Shown: positions 18,886 to 29,627 of the stretch, in pieces
How the letters are laid out: every line of letters starts with the position of its first letter
Position numbering within the stretch: position 1 is the first letter of the stretch
Source of the DNA: an uncultured Bacillota bacterium
Lineage (GTDB): Bacteria > Bacillota > Clostridia > Christensenellales > UBA1242
Length of the DNA: 64,000 nt
Reading direction: 5' to 3'
NCBI GenBank assembly: GCA_949283975.1
Contig: CASDUK010000001.1
Coordinates: 97,187 to 161,186, forward strand
Made by a program: the position numbers and the translations under genes
The notes under the pieces: model-generated
What the model saw: only the letters and a program-made list of their open reading frames with translations
The model's database searches: none
Told to the model about the DNA's origin: nothing

Positions 18886-19554
18886 ATGGGACAAAAAGTT
18901 AGTCCAGTTGGACTTAGAATTGGAGTTAACAAAGGTTGGCAATCTTCATGGTATGCAAACAAAAAAGATTTTGCAAAGAACTTAAAAGAAGATGACAGCA
19001 TTAGAACTTTTGTTAAGAAAAAATACTATAATTGTGCAATTTCAAGCATTGAAATTGAAAGAACAGCAACAAAAGTTGTTGTAACAATCAACACTGGCCG
19101 CCCAGGAATGTTAATTGGAACAAAGGGCGCGGGCGTTGATGAAATTAAAAAAGAACTTGCAAAAATGGTTGGCGCAAAAACTCTTTTCGTAAATGTTAAA
19201 GAAGTTAAAAAACCAGACTTGGACGCAGTTTTAGTTGCAGAAGGAATTGCAAGCCAGCTTGAAAAACGTGTTGCTTTTAGAAGAGCTTTAAAACAAGCAA
19301 TCCAGCGCGTTATGAAAGCAGGGGCAAAGGGTTGCAAGGTTCAAGTTAGCGGCGTTGTTGACGGAGCAAACACAATTGCAAGAACAGAAAATTATATGGA
19401 AGGTTCTCTTCCTCTCCACACTCTTAGGGCAGACATAGATTATGGCGTTGCATCGGCGTTTACAAACTATGGAAAGCTTGGAGTTAAGTGTTGGATTTAT
19501 AAAGGAGAAATCCTTGGGAAGAAAACGGCCGACAACAAAGGAGGTATGAACTAA
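18886..19554 (+). CDS. rpsC: 30S ribosomal protein S3
   Basis: 222 aa, [13 protein letters not shown]...KH domain...[10 protein letters not shown]. Confidence 0.97.
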   Translation: MGQKVSPVGLRIGVNKGWQSSWYANKKDFAKNLKEDDSIRTFVKKKYYNCAISSIEIERTATKVVVTINTGRPGMLIGTKGAGVDEIKKELAKMVGAKTLFVNVKEVKKPDLDAVLVAEGIASQLEKRVAFRRALKQAIQRVMKAGAKGCKVQVSGVVDGANTIARTENYMEGSLPLHTLRADIDYGVASAFTNYGKLGVKCWIYKGEILGKKTADNKGGMN

Positions 19555-19991
19555 TGTTAATGCCTAAGAGAGTTAAAAGAAGACGCGTTCATAGAGGCAG
19601 AATGAATGGCGTTGCAACAAGAGGAAACCAAATTACCTATGGCGAATTTGGGTTGGTTGCAACAGAGCCGTGTTGGATTAAATCCAATCAAATTGAAGCT
19701 GCAAGAATTGCAATAACGCGTTACACAAAAAGAGGCGGAAAAGTTTGGATTAAAATTTTCCCAGATAAACCAGTTACAAAGAAACCTGCAGAAACAAGAA
19801 TGGGAAGCGGAAAGGGTTCTCCAGAATTCTGGGTTGCGGTTGTTAAACCAGGAAGAGTTCTTTTTGAACTTGGCGGCGTTCCAGAGGCAGTTGCAAGAGA
19901 AGCGCTTAGGCTTGGTGGCCACAAGCTTCCTTGTAAGGTAAAAATTGTTAAAAAGCAGGACGAAACCGTAGTTGAAGGTGGTGCTGTATGA
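19554..19991 (+). CDS. rplP: 50S ribosomal protein L16
   Basis: 145 aa, [17 protein letters not shown]...; TAATG overlap with rpsC. Confidence 0.97.
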   Translation: MLMPKRVKRRRVHRGRMNGVATRGNQITYGEFGLVATEPCWIKSNQIEAARIAITRYTKRGGKVWIKIFPDKPVTKKPAETRMGSGKGSPEFWVAVVKPGRVLFELGGVPEAVAREALRLGGHKLPCKVKIVKKQDETVVEGGAV

Positions 19992-20191
19992 AAATAAATG
20001 ATATTAAGAATTTAACAACAGAAGAATTGATTACAAAAGAGCAACAGTTGAAAGCTGAACTATTTAACCTTAGATTCTCACACGCAACGGGAAACTTGTC
20101 AAACCCAATGCAACTTCACAACATAAAGAAAGACATTGCGCGAGTTAAAACCGTTCTTCGCGAAAGAGAAATTAAAAAGGTTAATGGGTAA
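19988..20191 (+). CDS. rpmC: 50S ribosomal protein L29
   Basis: 67 aa, ...[20 protein letters not shown]...; operon position. Confidence 0.95.
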   Translation: MKINDIKNLTTEELITKEQQLKAELFNLRFSHATGNLSNPMQLHNIKKDIARVKTVLREREIKKVNG

Positions 20192-20202
20192 GGAGAAGTT
20201 TT

Positions 20203-20469
20203 ATGGAAAAAGAAATTAGAAATAGAAGGCCAACAAAACAAGGAATTGTCGTTAGCGCAGGCAAAATGGACAAAACCGTTGTTGTTGCAATTGTTGAGAA
20301 TAAAAAGCACCCAATTTACAAGAAAGTTGTTAAAAGCACAAAGAAATATAAAGTTCACGATGAAGAAAACGTTTGTGGCGTTGGCGACACTGTTGAAATT
20401 ATGGAAACAAGGCCGCTTAGCAAGGACAAATACAATCGTTTAGTAAGAATCGTTGAGAAAGCGAAGTAG
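20203..20469 (+). CDS. rpsQ: 30S ribosomal protein S17
   Basis: 88 aa, ...[28 protein letters not shown]...ETRPLSK. Confidence 0.96.
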   Translation: MEKEIRNRRPTKQGIVVSAGKMDKTVVVAIVENKKHPIYKKVVKSTKKYKVHDEENVCGVGDTVEIMETRPLSKDKYNRLVRIVEKAK

Positions 20470-20480
20470 GAGGTGAAAAA

Positions 20481-20849
20481 ATGGTTCAACCACAAACAAG
20501 ATTAAAAGTTGCCGACAACACCGGCGCAAAACAAATCATGTGTATTCGAGTTCTTGGCGGGTCTTACAGACGAAGCGGGAACATTGGAGATGTTATTGTT
20601 GCATCAGTTAAATCTGCAATTCCTGGCGGAGTTGTTAAGAAGGGAGATGTTGTTAAAGCAGTTATTGTTAGAACATCAAAAGGCCTTAGAAGGCCAGACG
20701 GAAGCCACATTCGCTTTGACGACAACGCAGCAGTTATCATCGACAACCAAAAACAACCAAAAGGAACGCGTATTTTCGGGCCTATTGCAAGAGAACTTCG
20801 TGATAAGAACTACATGAAAATAATTTCCCTTGCACCGGAAGTATTATAG
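20481..20849 (+). CDS. rplN: 50S ribosomal protein L14
   Basis: 122 aa, [17 protein letters not shown]...FGPIARELR. Confidence 0.98.
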   Translation: MVQPQTRLKVADNTGAKQIMCIRVLGGSYRRSGNIGDVIVASVKSAIPGGVVKKGDVVKAVIVRTSKGLRRPDGSHIRFDDNAAVIIDNQKQPKGTRIFGPIARELRDKNYMKIISLAPEVL

Positions 20850-20858
20850 GAGGAAGAG

Positions 20859-21374
20859 ATGGAAATTAAAAAGGGCGATAACGTAGTTGTTATTGCAGGA
20901 AAAGAAAAGGGAAAGAGAGGAAAAGTTTTGGAAACTTCTCCAAAAACCCAAAGAGTTGTTGTTGAAGGCGTTAACGTTGTTTCTAAACACAAAAAACCAC
21001 GTTCTGCGCAAGACAAGGGCGGAATTATCAAACAAACAAATCCAATTGATTCTTCAAACGTTATGGTTGTTTGCCCAACTTGCGATAAGGCAACAAGAAT
21101 TTCCCACAAACTTGTTGACGGGAAAAAGGCAAGAGTTTGCAAGAAATGTGGCGCAAGTTTGGATAAAGAGCATGTAAAAGCTGTTAAAAAGGACTCAAAA
21201 GCGGTTAAAGCAGAGGGGAAGGCAGAAAAGAACGCGGCAGCAACCGAAGCAAAGCCAAAGGCAGCAAAAGCGCCTGCAGCCAAAGCAAAAACAACAAAAA
21301 CCGCAACAAAACCTGCGGCAAAAACAACAAAAAAATCTGAAGAAAAGCTAAATAAGGAGGAAAACAATGGCTAG
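20859..21374 (+). CDS. rplX: 50S ribosomal protein L24, zinc-ribbon form with a ~65-aa K/A-rich C-terminal extension
   Basis: KOW motif [25 protein letters not shown]...CKKC pair as in Thermus L24. 171 aa, compared with about 103 typically. Confidence 0.92.
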   Translation: MEIKKGDNVVVIAGKEKGKRGKVLETSPKTQRVVVEGVNVVSKHKKPRSAQDKGGIIKQTNPIDSSNVMVVCPTCDKATRISHKLVDGKKARVCKKCGASLDKEHVKAVKKDSKAVKAEGKAEKNAAATEAKPKAAKAPAAKAKTTKTATKPAAKTTKKSEEKLNKEENNG

Positions 21375-21909
21375 ATTAAAAGATGTTTATAAAAAAGAAA
21401 TTGTTCCAGAACTTATGAAGCTTCATGGATATAAAAACATAAACGAAGTTCCAAAACTTGAGAAAATTGTTCTCAATATGGGGCTTGGAGATGTTAAAGA
21501 CAACTCCAAAAGTTTGGGAATTGCAATTGACGAGCTTGCTGTAATTTCTGGTCAAAAGCCGGTTGCAACAAGGGCAAAGAAAGCAATTTCAAACTTTAAA
21601 GTTAGACAGGGAATGAAAATTGGCGCAAAAGTAACTTTGCGTGGTGAAAGAATGTATGAATTTCTTGACAAGTTGATTTCAATTGCACTTCCAAGAGTTA
21701 GAGATTTTAGAGGAGTTTCTAGAAAATCCTTTGACGGAAAGGGTAATTATGCGCTTGGAATTAAAGAACAGCTTATCTTCCCAGAAATCAATTACGACAA
21801 AATTGAAAAAATTAGAGGTTTTGACGTTATGATTGTTACAACTGCAAAAACAGATTCCGAGGCATTGTCGCTTTTAGAGGCGCTTGGAATGCCTTTTGGG
21901 GACAGATAG
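21367..21909 (+). CDS. rplE: 50S ribosomal protein L5
   Basis: 180 aa, [18 protein letters not shown]...[16 protein letters not shown]. Confidence 0.97.
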   Translation: MARLKDVYKKEIVPELMKLHGYKNINEVPKLEKIVLNMGLGDVKDNSKSLGIAIDELAVISGQKPVATRAKKAISNFKVRQGMKIGAKVTLRGERMYEFLDKLISIALPRVRDFRGVSRKSFDGKGNYALGIKEQLIFPEINYDKIEKIRGFDVMIVTTAKTDSEALSLLEALGMPFGDR

Positions 21910-21918
21910 GAGGGAAAA

Positions 21919-22104
21919 ATGGCAAAGAAAGCATTAATTGAAAAGCAACAAAAGAAACAAAAATATCAAACGCGCGAGTATACACGTTGCCAAATTTGTG
22001 GCCGCCCACACGCAGTTTTGAAAAAATATGGTCTTTGCAGGGTTTGCTTCCGCGAAAAGGCAAGCAAAGGTGAAATTCCCGGCATGAAAAAGGCTAGTTG
22101 GTAG
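21919..22104 (+). CDS. rpsZ: 30S ribosomal protein S14, type Z (zinc-binding, 61 aa)
   Basis: [23 protein letters not shown]; position between rplE and rpsH. Confidence 0.96.
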   Translation: MAKKALIEKQQKKQKYQTREYTRCQICGRPHAVLKKYGLCRVCFREKASKGEIPGMKKASW

Positions 22105-22114
22105 GGAGGAAGAT

Positions 22115-22513
22115 ATGATAGTTACAGATCCAATAGCAGATATGTTAACAAGGCTTAGAAACGCAATAACAGCTAAGCATGAAAGTGTTTTAGTTCCAGT
22201 TTCTAAGGAAAAAGAAGCAATTGCAAAGATTTTATTAGATGAAGGGTATATCAAATCTTTTGAAACCGTTGAAGATAAAAAGATTAAATATCTTAAAATT
22301 GAAATCAAATATGACGGAAACGGAAACAGCGTTATCTATGGGCTTAAAAGAATTTCAAAACCTGGGCTAAGAGTTTATGCTGGGGTTGACAAACTTCCAG
22401 AAGTTATTGGCGGAATGGGAATTGCAATTCTTTCAACAAACAAAGGAATTATAACAGACAAGCAAGCAAGAAAGCTTAAAGTTGGCGGCGAAGTTCTTGC
22501 TTACGTTTGGTAG
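22115..22513 (+). CDS. rpsH: 30S ribosomal protein S8
   Basis: 132 aa, [14 protein letters not shown]...GGEVLAYVW. Confidence 0.97.
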   Translation: MIVTDPIADMLTRLRNAITAKHESVLVPVSKEKEAIAKILLDEGYIKSFETVEDKKIKYLKIEIKYDGNGNSVIYGLKRISKPGLRVYAGVDKLPEVIGGMGIAILSTNKGIITDKQARKLKVGGEVLAYVW

Positions 22514-22522
22514 GAGGTTAGT

Positions 22523-23068
22523 ATGTCTAGAATAGGTAGAAATCCGATACACATGCCAGATGGTGTTAGCGCACAAGTTGAAGGAAATGTTATAACCGTT
22601 AAAGGCCCGCTTGGAACGCTTTCTCAAGAATTTAGTGATGTTTCAATTAGTATTGAAAACAACATAATAACTCTTACAAGAAAAAACGATCAAAATGAAG
22701 TTAAAGCTAAACACGGCCTTTACAGAGCCCTTATTGCAAACATGGTTAAGGGCGTTAAGGAAGGGTTTAGCAGAAATCTTCAAATTAAAGGCGTTGGTTA
22801 TAAGGTTAACAAGCAAGGCAACAAACTTGTTTTAAACCTTGGATATTCCCACCCAATTGAGGTTGTTGAACCAGAGGGAATTAAAATTGAATGTCCAACA
22901 GCAACGGACATCAAAATTTCGGGAATAGACAAACAAAAAGTCGGCCAACTTGCATCTAACATTCGCGATTTAAGGCCAGTTGAGCCATATCATGGCTATG
23001 GCGTTAGATATGATGATGAAGTTGTCATTAGAAAGCAGGGTAAAACTGCTGGCAAGGGCAAGAAATAA
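22523..23068 (+). CDS. rplF: 50S ribosomal protein L6
   Basis: 181 aa, MSRIGRNPI...GVGYKV...PYHGYGVRY. Confidence 0.97.
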   Translation: MSRIGRNPIHMPDGVSAQVEGNVITVKGPLGTLSQEFSDVSISIENNIITLTRKNDQNEVKAKHGLYRALIANMVKGVKEGFSRNLQIKGVGYKVNKQGNKLVLNLGYSHPIEVVEPEGIKIECPTATDIKISGIDKQKVGQLASNIRDLRPVEPYHGYGVRYDDEVVIRKQGKTAGKGKK

Positions 23069-23079
23069 AGGAGCGAAAA

Positions 23080-23454
23080 ATGATTAATAAGAGAGATAAA
23101 AATCAAATTAGAAAAGGCAGACACGCTAGAATTCGAAACAGAGTTTTTGGAACTGCAAATTCTCCAAGGCTTGCTGTTTACAGAAGTTTAACTGGAATTT
23201 ATGCGCAAATCATTGACGATGAAAAAGGCGTAACCTTGGTTTCTTGTTCAACGGTTGACAGTGAACTTGCCGGAAAGAAAACTTTTGAAGGCAAAAACAG
23301 AAAAGAACAAGCTAAAATTGTTGGCCAAACGCTTGCAAAACGCGCTTTAAAGAAAAAAATTAAAACTGTTGTTTTTGACAGAGGCGGCTATCTTTACACC
23401 GGAAGAGTTCAAGCTCTTGCAGACGGGGCTAGAGAAGCTGGCTTAGAGTTTTAG
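23080..23454 (+). CDS. rplR: 50S ribosomal protein L18
   Basis: 124 aa, ...[18 protein letters not shown]...[26 protein letters not shown]. Confidence 0.97.
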   Translation: MINKRDKNQIRKGRHARIRNRVFGTANSPRLAVYRSLTGIYAQIIDDEKGVTLVSCSTVDSELAGKKTFEGKNRKEQAKIVGQTLAKRALKKKIKTVVFDRGGYLYTGRVQALADGAREAGLEF

Positions 23455-23462
23455 GAGGATTT

Positions 23463-24074
23463 ATGAGCGAAGAAGTTAAAGTTGAAAACGTTGAAGTTCA
23501 AGATGCTGGCGTTGATGTTGTTAAAGAAGAAAAGAAACGCCGCGAAGACTTTAAGCGAGACAAAAAACAACAGGGAGAGCGCCGCGAAAGAAGGCGCGAA
23601 GAGAGCGAGTTTGACAAACTTTTGGTTTGCGTTAGGCGCGTTACAAAGGTTGTTAAAGGCGGAAGAACAATGCGCTTTAGCGCAGTTGTTGTTGTTGGCG
23701 ACAGGAAAGGAACAGTTGGAATTGGAACAGGCAAGGCAAAAGAAGTTCCTTCTGCAATTGACAAGGCAACTCTTCAAGCTAAAAACAACATGAAAAAGAT
23801 TAACGTTATTAACGGAACAATTCCACATGATGTTGTTGGGAAATATGGCACAAGCACTGTTTTAATGCTTCCTGCAAAGGAAGGTTCTGGTGTTATTGCC
23901 GGCGGAAGTGCGCGTGCTGTTTTGGAACTTGCTGGAATTAAAGATATCGTTACTAAAATTCATGGTTCAACAAACAAGATTAACTGTGTTAAGGCAACTT
24001 TAAGAGCTCTTATGAGCCTTAGAACAAAGGAAGAGGTTGCGCTTGCTCGCGGGAAATCTGTTGATGAGCTATAA
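23463..24074 (+). CDS. rpsE: 30S ribosomal protein S5 (with ~40-aa charged N-terminal extension)
   Basis: 203 aa, ...[42 protein letters not shown]. Confidence 0.95.
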   Translation: MSEEVKVENVEVQDAGVDVVKEEKKRREDFKRDKKQQGERRERRREESEFDKLLVCVRRVTKVVKGGRTMRFSAVVVVGDRKGTVGIGTGKAKEVPSAIDKATLQAKNNMKKINVINGTIPHDVVGKYGTSTVLMLPAKEGSGVIAGGSARAVLELAGIKDIVTKIHGSTNKINCVKATLRALMSLRTKEEVALARGKSVDEL

Positions 24075-24085
24075 GAGGTGGTATT

Positions 24086-24277
24086 ATGGCAGAAAAGAAA
24101 AAAATGTTAAAAGTAACATATGTTAGAAGCGCCATTGGCTACAACAAAAAACAAGCTAAAATTTTGGAAGCTTTGGGGCTTACTAAATTAAACCAAACAA
24201 AACTTCTTCCAGACAACGCTAGCATTCGCGGAAGCTTATTCCACGTTAAGCATCTAGTTGTTGTTGAGGAAGTTTAA
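24086..24277 (+). CDS. rpmD: 50S ribosomal protein L30
   Basis: 63 aa, [25 protein letters not shown]; operon position. Confidence 0.95.
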   Translation: MAEKKKMLKVTYVRSAIGYNKKQAKILEALGLTKLNQTKLLPDNASIRGSLFHVKHLVVVEEV

Positions 24278-24288
24278 GGAGGGGAAAA

Positions 24289-24741
24289 ATGTATATTCAA
24301 AATTTACAACCTGCGCCAAACTCTCGCTTTAAGGAAAAGAGGCTTGGAAGAGGAATTGGAAGCGGCCTTGGAAAAACAAGCGGAAAGGGTCATAAGGGTC
24401 AAAACGCTAGAAGTGGCGGAGGAGTTCGCCCAGGGTTTGAAGGCGGTCAACTTCCACTTATTAGAAGGATGAAAATCCGCGGGTTCAACAACGCTAATTT
24501 TGACAAGGAGTTTTCAATTGTCAACGTTGGAGACCTTGAGAAATTTGATGCTAATACGGAAATAACTCAAGAAATGTTATATGAAAACAGAGTTATTGGG
24601 AAAATTATGCCATATGGTCTCAAAGTTTTAGGCAACGGAGAATTAACAAAACCACTTGTTGTTAAAGCACAAAAATTCTCTGCATCCGCAAAAGAAAAAA
24701 TTGAGAAAGCTGGCGGAAAAGCAGAGGTGGTAAATGTTTAG
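24289..24741 (+). CDS. rplO: 50S ribosomal protein L15
   Basis: 150 aa, ...[38 protein letters not shown]. Confidence 0.97.
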   Translation: MYIQNLQPAPNSRFKEKRLGRGIGSGLGKTSGKGHKGQNARSGGGVRPGFEGGQLPLIRRMKIRGFNNANFDKEFSIVNVGDLEKFDANTEITQEMLYENRVIGKIMPYGLKVLGNGELTKPLVVKAQKFSASAKEKIEKAGGKAEVVNV

Positions 24742-26029
24742 AAAAATTGCACAGTGTATGAAAACAAAAGAAGTTCGCGTTAAAATTATCATAACGCTTC
24801 TTTTGCTTTTGGTTTACAGAGTTGGATGTTGGCTTCCAATTCCAGGAATCAACACCGAAACATTCTCAACTATTGCAACAGACAACAGTTTCCTTGCGCT
24901 TTTAAGCTCACTTAACGGCGGTTCTCTTGCAAACGGAGCTTTTCTTGCGCTTGGTGTTTCGCCGTATATTAGTGCGTCAATTATAATTCAATTGCTTGCA
25001 ATTGCAATTCCAAGCTGGCAAAGGCTTTCAAAAGAAGGCGAAGAGGGAAGGAAAAAGCTTTCCAAATACACAAGGTGGGCGGCTTTAATTCTTTCTGTTG
25101 CCCAAGCAATTGGAATTGTTGTTGGTTTTGGAGACACAATTGAAGCAGGAATGCTTTGGAGCGGGTCGCCTCAATGGTTGACGGCAATGATTGTTGTTGT
25201 TGTTCTAGTAGCCGGCGGAATGTTTACTGTTTGGCTTGGAGAGAGAATTACTGAACTTGGAATTGGAAACGGGCTTTCACTTTTAATTTTCGTTGGAATT
25301 TTAAGTTCTGCTGGCATGGCAATTTTGGCAAACATTGAATCAATTGTTGCAGGAGATTTAAACGGCCTTTGGACTCTTTTAATCTTCCTTGCTGCTGTTA
25401 TTTTAATCTTTGCTTTGATTGTTTTTGTTGACCTTGCAGAAAGAAAAGTTCCTGTTCAATATGCAAAGCAAATTAGGGGAAGAAAGGTTTATGGCGGACA
25501 AAGCACAAACATTCCAATTAGAGTTAACGCTTCTGGCGTTATGCCAATTATCTTTGCAAGCGCAATCTTAACTTTCCCACAACTTATTATGAGCATTTTT
25601 GCGCCAAATTCTTCGGCTATGGCTTGGTATAACACGTGGATGGGAAGCGGCTCTTGGCCATACATTGTTGTTTCATCGCTTTTGATTTTGTTCTTCTCAT
25701 ATTTCTATGCGCAGATCACATTCAACCCCGATGATATCAGCAAGCAGATTCAACAAAACGGCGGTTTCATTCCAGGCGTTAGGCCGGGGAAACCGACATC
25801 AGATTATTTGAAAAAGATTTCGAACAGAGTTATCCTCTTTGGTGCAATTTTCTTGGCGTTTATTGCGCTTGTTCCAAATTTAATTTTTAAAGGAATTGGG
25901 GGAGATTCAATTTTGGTTAACGCGTTCAGTGCGACAGGGCTTTTGATTATTGTTTCTGTTGCCCTTGAGTTTGATAAACAACTTGACGCACAACTTTTGA
26001 TGAGAAATTATAGAGGTTTCTTAAAATAA
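24734..26029 (+). CDS. secY: preprotein translocase subunit SecY
   Basis: 431 aa, 10-TM protein, ...[16 protein letters not shown]...GERITE.GIGNG.SLLIF...; operon position. Confidence 0.97.
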   Translation: MFRKIAQCMKTKEVRVKIIITLLLLLVYRVGCWLPIPGINTETFSTIATDNSFLALLSSLNGGSLANGAFLALGVSPYISASIIIQLLAIAIPSWQRLSKEGEEGRKKLSKYTRWAALILSVAQAIGIVVGFGDTIEAGMLWSGSPQWLTAMIVVVVLVAGGMFTVWLGERITELGIGNGLSLLIFVGILSSAGMAILANIESIVAGDLNGLWTLLIFLAAVILIFALIVFVDLAERKVPVQYAKQIRGRKVYGGQSTNIPIRVNASGVMPIIFASAILTFPQLIMSIFAPNSSAMAWYNTWMGSGSWPYIVVSSLLILFFSYFYAQITFNPDDISKQIQQNGGFIPGVRPGKPTSDYLKKISNRVILFGAIFLAFIALVPNLIFKGIGGDSILVNAFSATGLLIIVSVALEFDKQLDAQLLMRNYRGFLK

Positions 26030-26042
26030 GGAGGGAAAGAAC

Positions 26043-26675
26043 ATGAACATAATTCTTTTTGGAGCACCAGGGAGCGGAAAGGGAACTCAAGCAAAGTTAA
26101 TTAGCGAAGAGTTTGGAATTCCTCAAATTTCAACAGGGGACATCTTGCGAGAGCACATTTCAAAGGGAACAGAGCTTGGGAAAATTGCAAAATTATATAT
26201 AGACGAAGGAAAACTTGTTCCAGACGAAATTGTTATTGCTCTTGTTAAAGAGCGTCTTAGCCTTCCAGACTGCAAGAAAGGATATATTTTAGACGGCTTC
26301 CCAAGGACAATTGAGCAGGCGGAAAAACTTGTTAAATTTGCTAGCGTAGATGTTGTTGTTCACATTGATGTTAGCATAAACGAAGTTGAAAGGCGCGCCT
26401 TAACAAGGCGAATTTGTCCAGACTGTGGAAAGATTTATAGCATTGCGGAAAAATATTTTGAAAATTGCGAGAGTTGCGGCGCAAAATTAATTCAAAGAGA
26501 TGACGACAAGTTAGATGTTGTTAGAAAAAGAATTGAAACATATTTAAGCCAAAGCGAACCGCTTATTGAATTTTATAAAAAGAAAAAAATTCTTTCAACA
26601 GTTTTCAGCGCGGAAACGCCAGAAGAAACTTACAAGGCAGTTAGGGAGATTGTTCTTCCTTTTGCAAAAAGATAG
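26043..26675 (+). CDS. adk: adenylate kinase (zinc-lid form)
   Basis: P-loop GAPGSGKGTQ. Lid with CPDCG...CESCG. Confidence 0.97.
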   Translation: MNIILFGAPGSGKGTQAKLISEEFGIPQISTGDILREHISKGTELGKIAKLYIDEGKLVPDEIVIALVKERLSLPDCKKGYILDGFPRTIEQAEKLVKFASVDVVVHIDVSINEVERRALTRRICPDCGKIYSIAEKYFENCESCGAKLIQRDDDKLDVVRKRIETYLSQSEPLIEFYKKKKILSTVFSAETPEETYKAVREIVLPFAKR

Positions 26676-26686
26676 AAGGAGAGGAG

Positions 26687-27427
26687 ATGAAACGGTTGTC
26701 GCCAGCGCAAATTGTTCTTATGAAAAGGGCTGGGGAAATTACAAAAAATGCTTTGTTATACGCTGAAACGCTTGTCAAACCCGGTGTTACAACCAATTCT
26801 CTTGACAATTTAATTTCAGAGTATATAATAAACCATGGCGGAAAGCCCTGTTTTAAAGGCTATAATGGGTTTCCAAAGGCAACTTGCATCTCTGTTAATG
26901 AAGTTGTTGTCCATGGAATTCCTTCTCAGCGCAAACTAAAAGAGGGAGACATTGTTAGCATTGATGTTGGCGTTGAATATAAGGGGTTTCATGGGGATGC
27001 AGCTAGAACATTTCCTGTTGGAAAAATTTCTGAGGAAAAACAAAAGCTTATTGACGTTACAAAACAAAGTTTTTTTGAGGGAATTAAATTTCTTAAAGCC
27101 GGCGAGAAACTTGGAAAAGTTTCAAGCGCAATTCAAAAATATGCTGAAAGTTTTGGATTTGGCGTGGTTAGAGAGATGACGGGGCATGGAATTGGAGAAA
27201 AGCTCCACCTAAACCCAAGTGTTCCAAACTATGGAAAGGAGTCGGATGGGCCAATTGTTCAAGCAAACACGTGTCTTGCAATTGAACCAATGATTAACAT
27301 GGGAACGCGAAGAATTTTTATCTTGGAAGACGGTTGGACAACAATCACTCAAGATCTACTACCATCGGCTCACTATGAAAACACAGTTCTAATTTTAGAA
27401 GATAGAATTGAAATTTTAACACTTTAA
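26687..27427 (+). CDS. map: type I methionine aminopeptidase
   Basis: 246 aa with metal ligands in DIVSIDVG, GFHGD, TGHGIG and AIEPM contexts. Confidence 0.95.
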   Translation: MKRLSPAQIVLMKRAGEITKNALLYAETLVKPGVTTNSLDNLISEYIINHGGKPCFKGYNGFPKATCISVNEVVVHGIPSQRKLKEGDIVSIDVGVEYKGFHGDAARTFPVGKISEEKQKLIDVTKQSFFEGIKFLKAGEKLGKVSSAIQKYAESFGFGVVREMTGHGIGEKLHLNPSVPNYGKESDGPIVQANTCLAIEPMINMGTRRIFILEDGWTTITQDLLPSAHYENTVLILEDRIEILTL

Positions 27428-27437
27428 TGAGGCAGAT

Positions 27438-27707
27438 ATGAAATTTAGAAGATTTGAAGTTGTTGAGTCAAAGGCGGGAAGAGACCAGGGAACAATTTAT
27501 TTAATAAGCGAAATTTTAGACGAAAATTATGTTAACTTGATTGACGGAAAGTATAGAACAATTTCCAAACCAAAAAGAAAGAAAATTAAACATATTTGTT
27601 CGCTTGGCGAAGTTGCGGCCGAACTTGAAGAGGTTTTTGAGGATAAATCCAAGGTAAATGACGGGGTTATTAAAAAAATTTTAAAAAAATTTGAAAAAAG
27701 TTGTTAA
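27438..27707 (+). CDS. KOW-domain RNA-binding protein (small conserved protein between map and infA in Firmicutes)
   Basis: 89 aa, [16 protein letters not shown]...; position is typical of this family. Confidence 0.6.
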   Translation: MKFRRFEVVESKAGRDQGTIYLISEILDENYVNLIDGKYRTISKPKRKKIKHICSLGEVAAELEEVFEDKSKVNDGVIKKILKKFEKSC

Positions 27708-27717
27708 AGGAGATTGT

Positions 27718-27939
27718 ATGTCGAAGGAAGATGTGATAGAATTTGAGGGTGAAGTTATTGAGGTGTTGCCAAACACAACATTCTTGGTTAAACTGTCCAA
27801 CGGCCACGTTATAACTGCATACATTTCCGGGCGTCTTAGAATGCACTATATAAAAATTCTTGAAGGCGACAAAGTTAAAATTGAAATGAGCCCATATGAT
27901 CTTACGAAAGGAAGAATCACATGGCGCGGAAAAATGTAA
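27718..27939 (+). CDS. infA: translation initiation factor IF-1
   Basis: I prefer the ATG at 27718 ([13 protein letters not shown]..., SD AAAGGAG 27706-27712) over the ORF-track start at 27691. S1-like fold sequence throughout. Confidence 0.96.
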   Translation: MSKEDVIEFEGEVIEVLPNTTFLVKLSNGHVITAYISGRLRMHYIKILEGDKVKIEMSPYDLTKGRITWRGKM

Positions 27940-27960
27940 GGAAAAGAGAGGAAAGAGAAA

Positions 27961-28077
27961 ATGAAAGTTAGACCATCTGTTAAACCAATGTGCGACAAGT
28001 GCAAGGTTATTAAAAGAGAAGGAAAAGTTATGGTTATTTGTTCTAAGGACAAGAGCCACAAGCAAACACAAGGTTAA
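27961..28077 (+). CDS. rpmJ: 50S ribosomal protein L36 (not in the ORF track, 38 aa)
   Basis: [38 protein letters not shown]. Has CxxC...C...H zinc ligands and SD GAGAGGAAAGAG upstream. Confidence 0.93.
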   Translation: MKVRPSVKPMCDKCKVIKREGKVMVICSKDKSHKQTQG

Positions 28078-28089
28078 TTAAAAAATCTC

Positions 28090-28112
28090 GGGCAAGGGGC
28101 TTTGCCCTTTTG
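28090..28112 (+). terminator. weak terminator/attenuator between the spc and alpha operon blocks
   Basis: GGGCAA-ggggct-TTGCCC followed by TTTTG. Confidence 0.45.
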
Positions 28113-28134
28113 TGAGGCGGCTGTGCAAAGAAAT

Positions 28135-28163
28135 TTGCAACTCACACCCGTTATTTATATATA
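28135..28163 (+). promoter_or_regulatory. internal sigma-A-type promoter for rpsM-rpsK-rpsD-rpoA-rplQ
   Basis: TTGCAA (28135-28140), 17-nt spacer, TATATA (28158-28163). The -35 is part of a hairpin TGCAAA-gaaa-TTTGCA nested in GTGAG...CTCAC (28112-28145). Confidence 0.45.
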
Positions 28164-28193
28164 AATCAAAAAATAAAATAGGAGAATGAAAAA

Positions 28194-28571
28194 ATGGCAA
28201 GAATTGCTGGCGTAGATTTACCAAAGGACAAGCGAATTGAAATTGGCTTAACCTATATCTATGGAATTGGCAGAACAACTGCTGACAAGATTTTACAAGC
28301 AACAAACATCAACCCAGACACAAGGGTTAAAGACCTTGATGAAAATGATGTTGCAACTCTTCGTAACTACATTGAAAAGCATTATTCTGTTGAAGGTGAT
28401 TTAAGAAAAGAAGTTTCCATGAACATTAAACGCCTTTCAGAAATTGGCTGCTATCGAGGAGTTAGACACAGAAAAGGCCTTCCGGTTAGAGGTCAGAACA
28501 CAAGAACAAATTGCAGAACACGCAAGGGCCCAAGAACAGCTGTTGCGGGAAGCAGCAAGAAAGGTAAATAA
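28194..28571 (+). CDS. rpsM: 30S ribosomal protein S13
   Basis: 125 aa, [14 protein letters not shown]...[23 protein letters not shown]. Confidence 0.97.
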   Translation: MARIAGVDLPKDKRIEIGLTYIYGIGRTTADKILQATNINPDTRVKDLDENDVATLRNYIEKHYSVEGDLRKEVSMNIKRLSEIGCYRGVRHRKGLPVRGQNTRTNCRTRKGPRTAVAGSSKKGK

Positions 28572-28579
28572 GGAGGAAG

Positions 28580-28975
28580 ATGATGGCAGGAAAACCAACT
28601 AAAACAAAGAAGAAAAAGATTACTCAAAGCATAGACAAGGGGCAAGTTCACATTAAATCTTCTTTCAATAACACAATGGTAACGTTCACAGACATGGCTG
28701 GGAATGTTCTTTCTTGGTCAAGTTCAGGAAAGCTTGGCTTTAGAGGCTCTAAAAAGAGCACGCCTTTTGCAGCTCAATCTTCTGTTGAAGAAGCAGCAAA
28801 AGTTGCAAAGGAATATGGAATTAAAACTGTTGAAGTTTATGTTAAAGGCCCGGGAAATGGCCGCGAGGCAGCAATCCGTTCACTTCAAAATTGCGACATT
28901 GGCGTTACACTAATTAAAGATGTTTCACCAATTGCACACAACGGATGCCGTCCACCAAAAATTAGAAGAGTTTAA
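28580..28975 (+). CDS. rpsK: 30S ribosomal protein S11
   Basis: 131 aa, ...[35 protein letters not shown]...[10 protein letters not shown]. Confidence 0.97.
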   Translation: MMAGKPTKTKKKKITQSIDKGQVHIKSSFNNTMVTFTDMAGNVLSWSSSGKLGFRGSKKSTPFAAQSSVEEAAKVAKEYGIKTVEVYVKGPGNGREAAIRSLQNCDIGVTLIKDVSPIAHNGCRPPKIRRV

Positions 28976-28988
28976 GAGGAGTTAAAAA

Positions 28989-29609
28989 ATGGCAAAATTA
29001 ATAGGACCAAGCTGCCGTCAATGTAGGCGTGAGGGTTGCAAACTCTTTTTAAAAGGCGATAGATGCACAAGCAAAAAATGCGCTTTTGAAAGAAGACAGT
29101 CACTTCCTGGCCAACACGGAGCAGCAAGAAAAAGAGTTACAGAATATGGGCTTCAACTTCGCGAGAAACAAAAAGTTAAAAGAGCCTATGGAATTTTGGA
29201 AAAGCAGTTTAGAAAATATTATGAAGAAGCAGAGCGCATGAAAGGCGTTACTGGTGAGAACATGCTTTCCTTAATTGAGCGAAGGCTTGACAATGTTGTT
29301 TACAGAATGGGAATTGGAGCTTCAAGAACAGAGTGCCGTCAAATTGTTAACCACGGCCACATAACAGTTAACGGAAAGCGCGTTAACGTTCCTTCTTACA
29401 TTGTTAAACCAGGCGATGTTATAGCAATTAAAGAGAATAAAAAAGACTTGCAAATGTTTAAAGACCTTAAAGGAATGAAAATTATAATGCCAAAATGGCT
29501 TGAATTCAATTCTGAAAAACTTGAGGGAAAAATTCTTGCAAATCCTTCAAGAGAGGACATTGACCTTAACATTAAAGAACACCTCATAATTGAGTTGTAT
29601 TCTAGATAA
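28989..29609 (+). CDS. rpsD: 30S ribosomal protein S4 (Cys-rich, zinc-finger form)
   Basis: 206 aa with N-terminal [23 protein letters not shown] (Thermus-like), ...LPGQHG...LDNVVYRMG... and an S4 domain. Confidence 0.96.
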   Translation: MAKLIGPSCRQCRREGCKLFLKGDRCTSKKCAFERRQSLPGQHGAARKRVTEYGLQLREKQKVKRAYGILEKQFRKYYEEAERMKGVTGENMLSLIERRLDNVVYRMGIGASRTECRQIVNHGHITVNGKRVNVPSYIVKPGDVIAIKENKKDLQMFKDLKGMKIIMPKWLEFNSEKLEGKILANPSREDIDLNIKEHLIIELYSR

Positions 29610-29627
29610 TAGAAGGAGAAAAAGAAT

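Noticed and set aside
20810-21367. 185-aa minus-strand ORF antisense to rplX. Many 60-125-aa antisense ORFs across the ribosomal-protein, secY, ileS, addAB and parC genes fall in the same class.
   Set aside because: They lie entirely within highly conserved genes on the other strand, have low-complexity mirror composition and no RBS.
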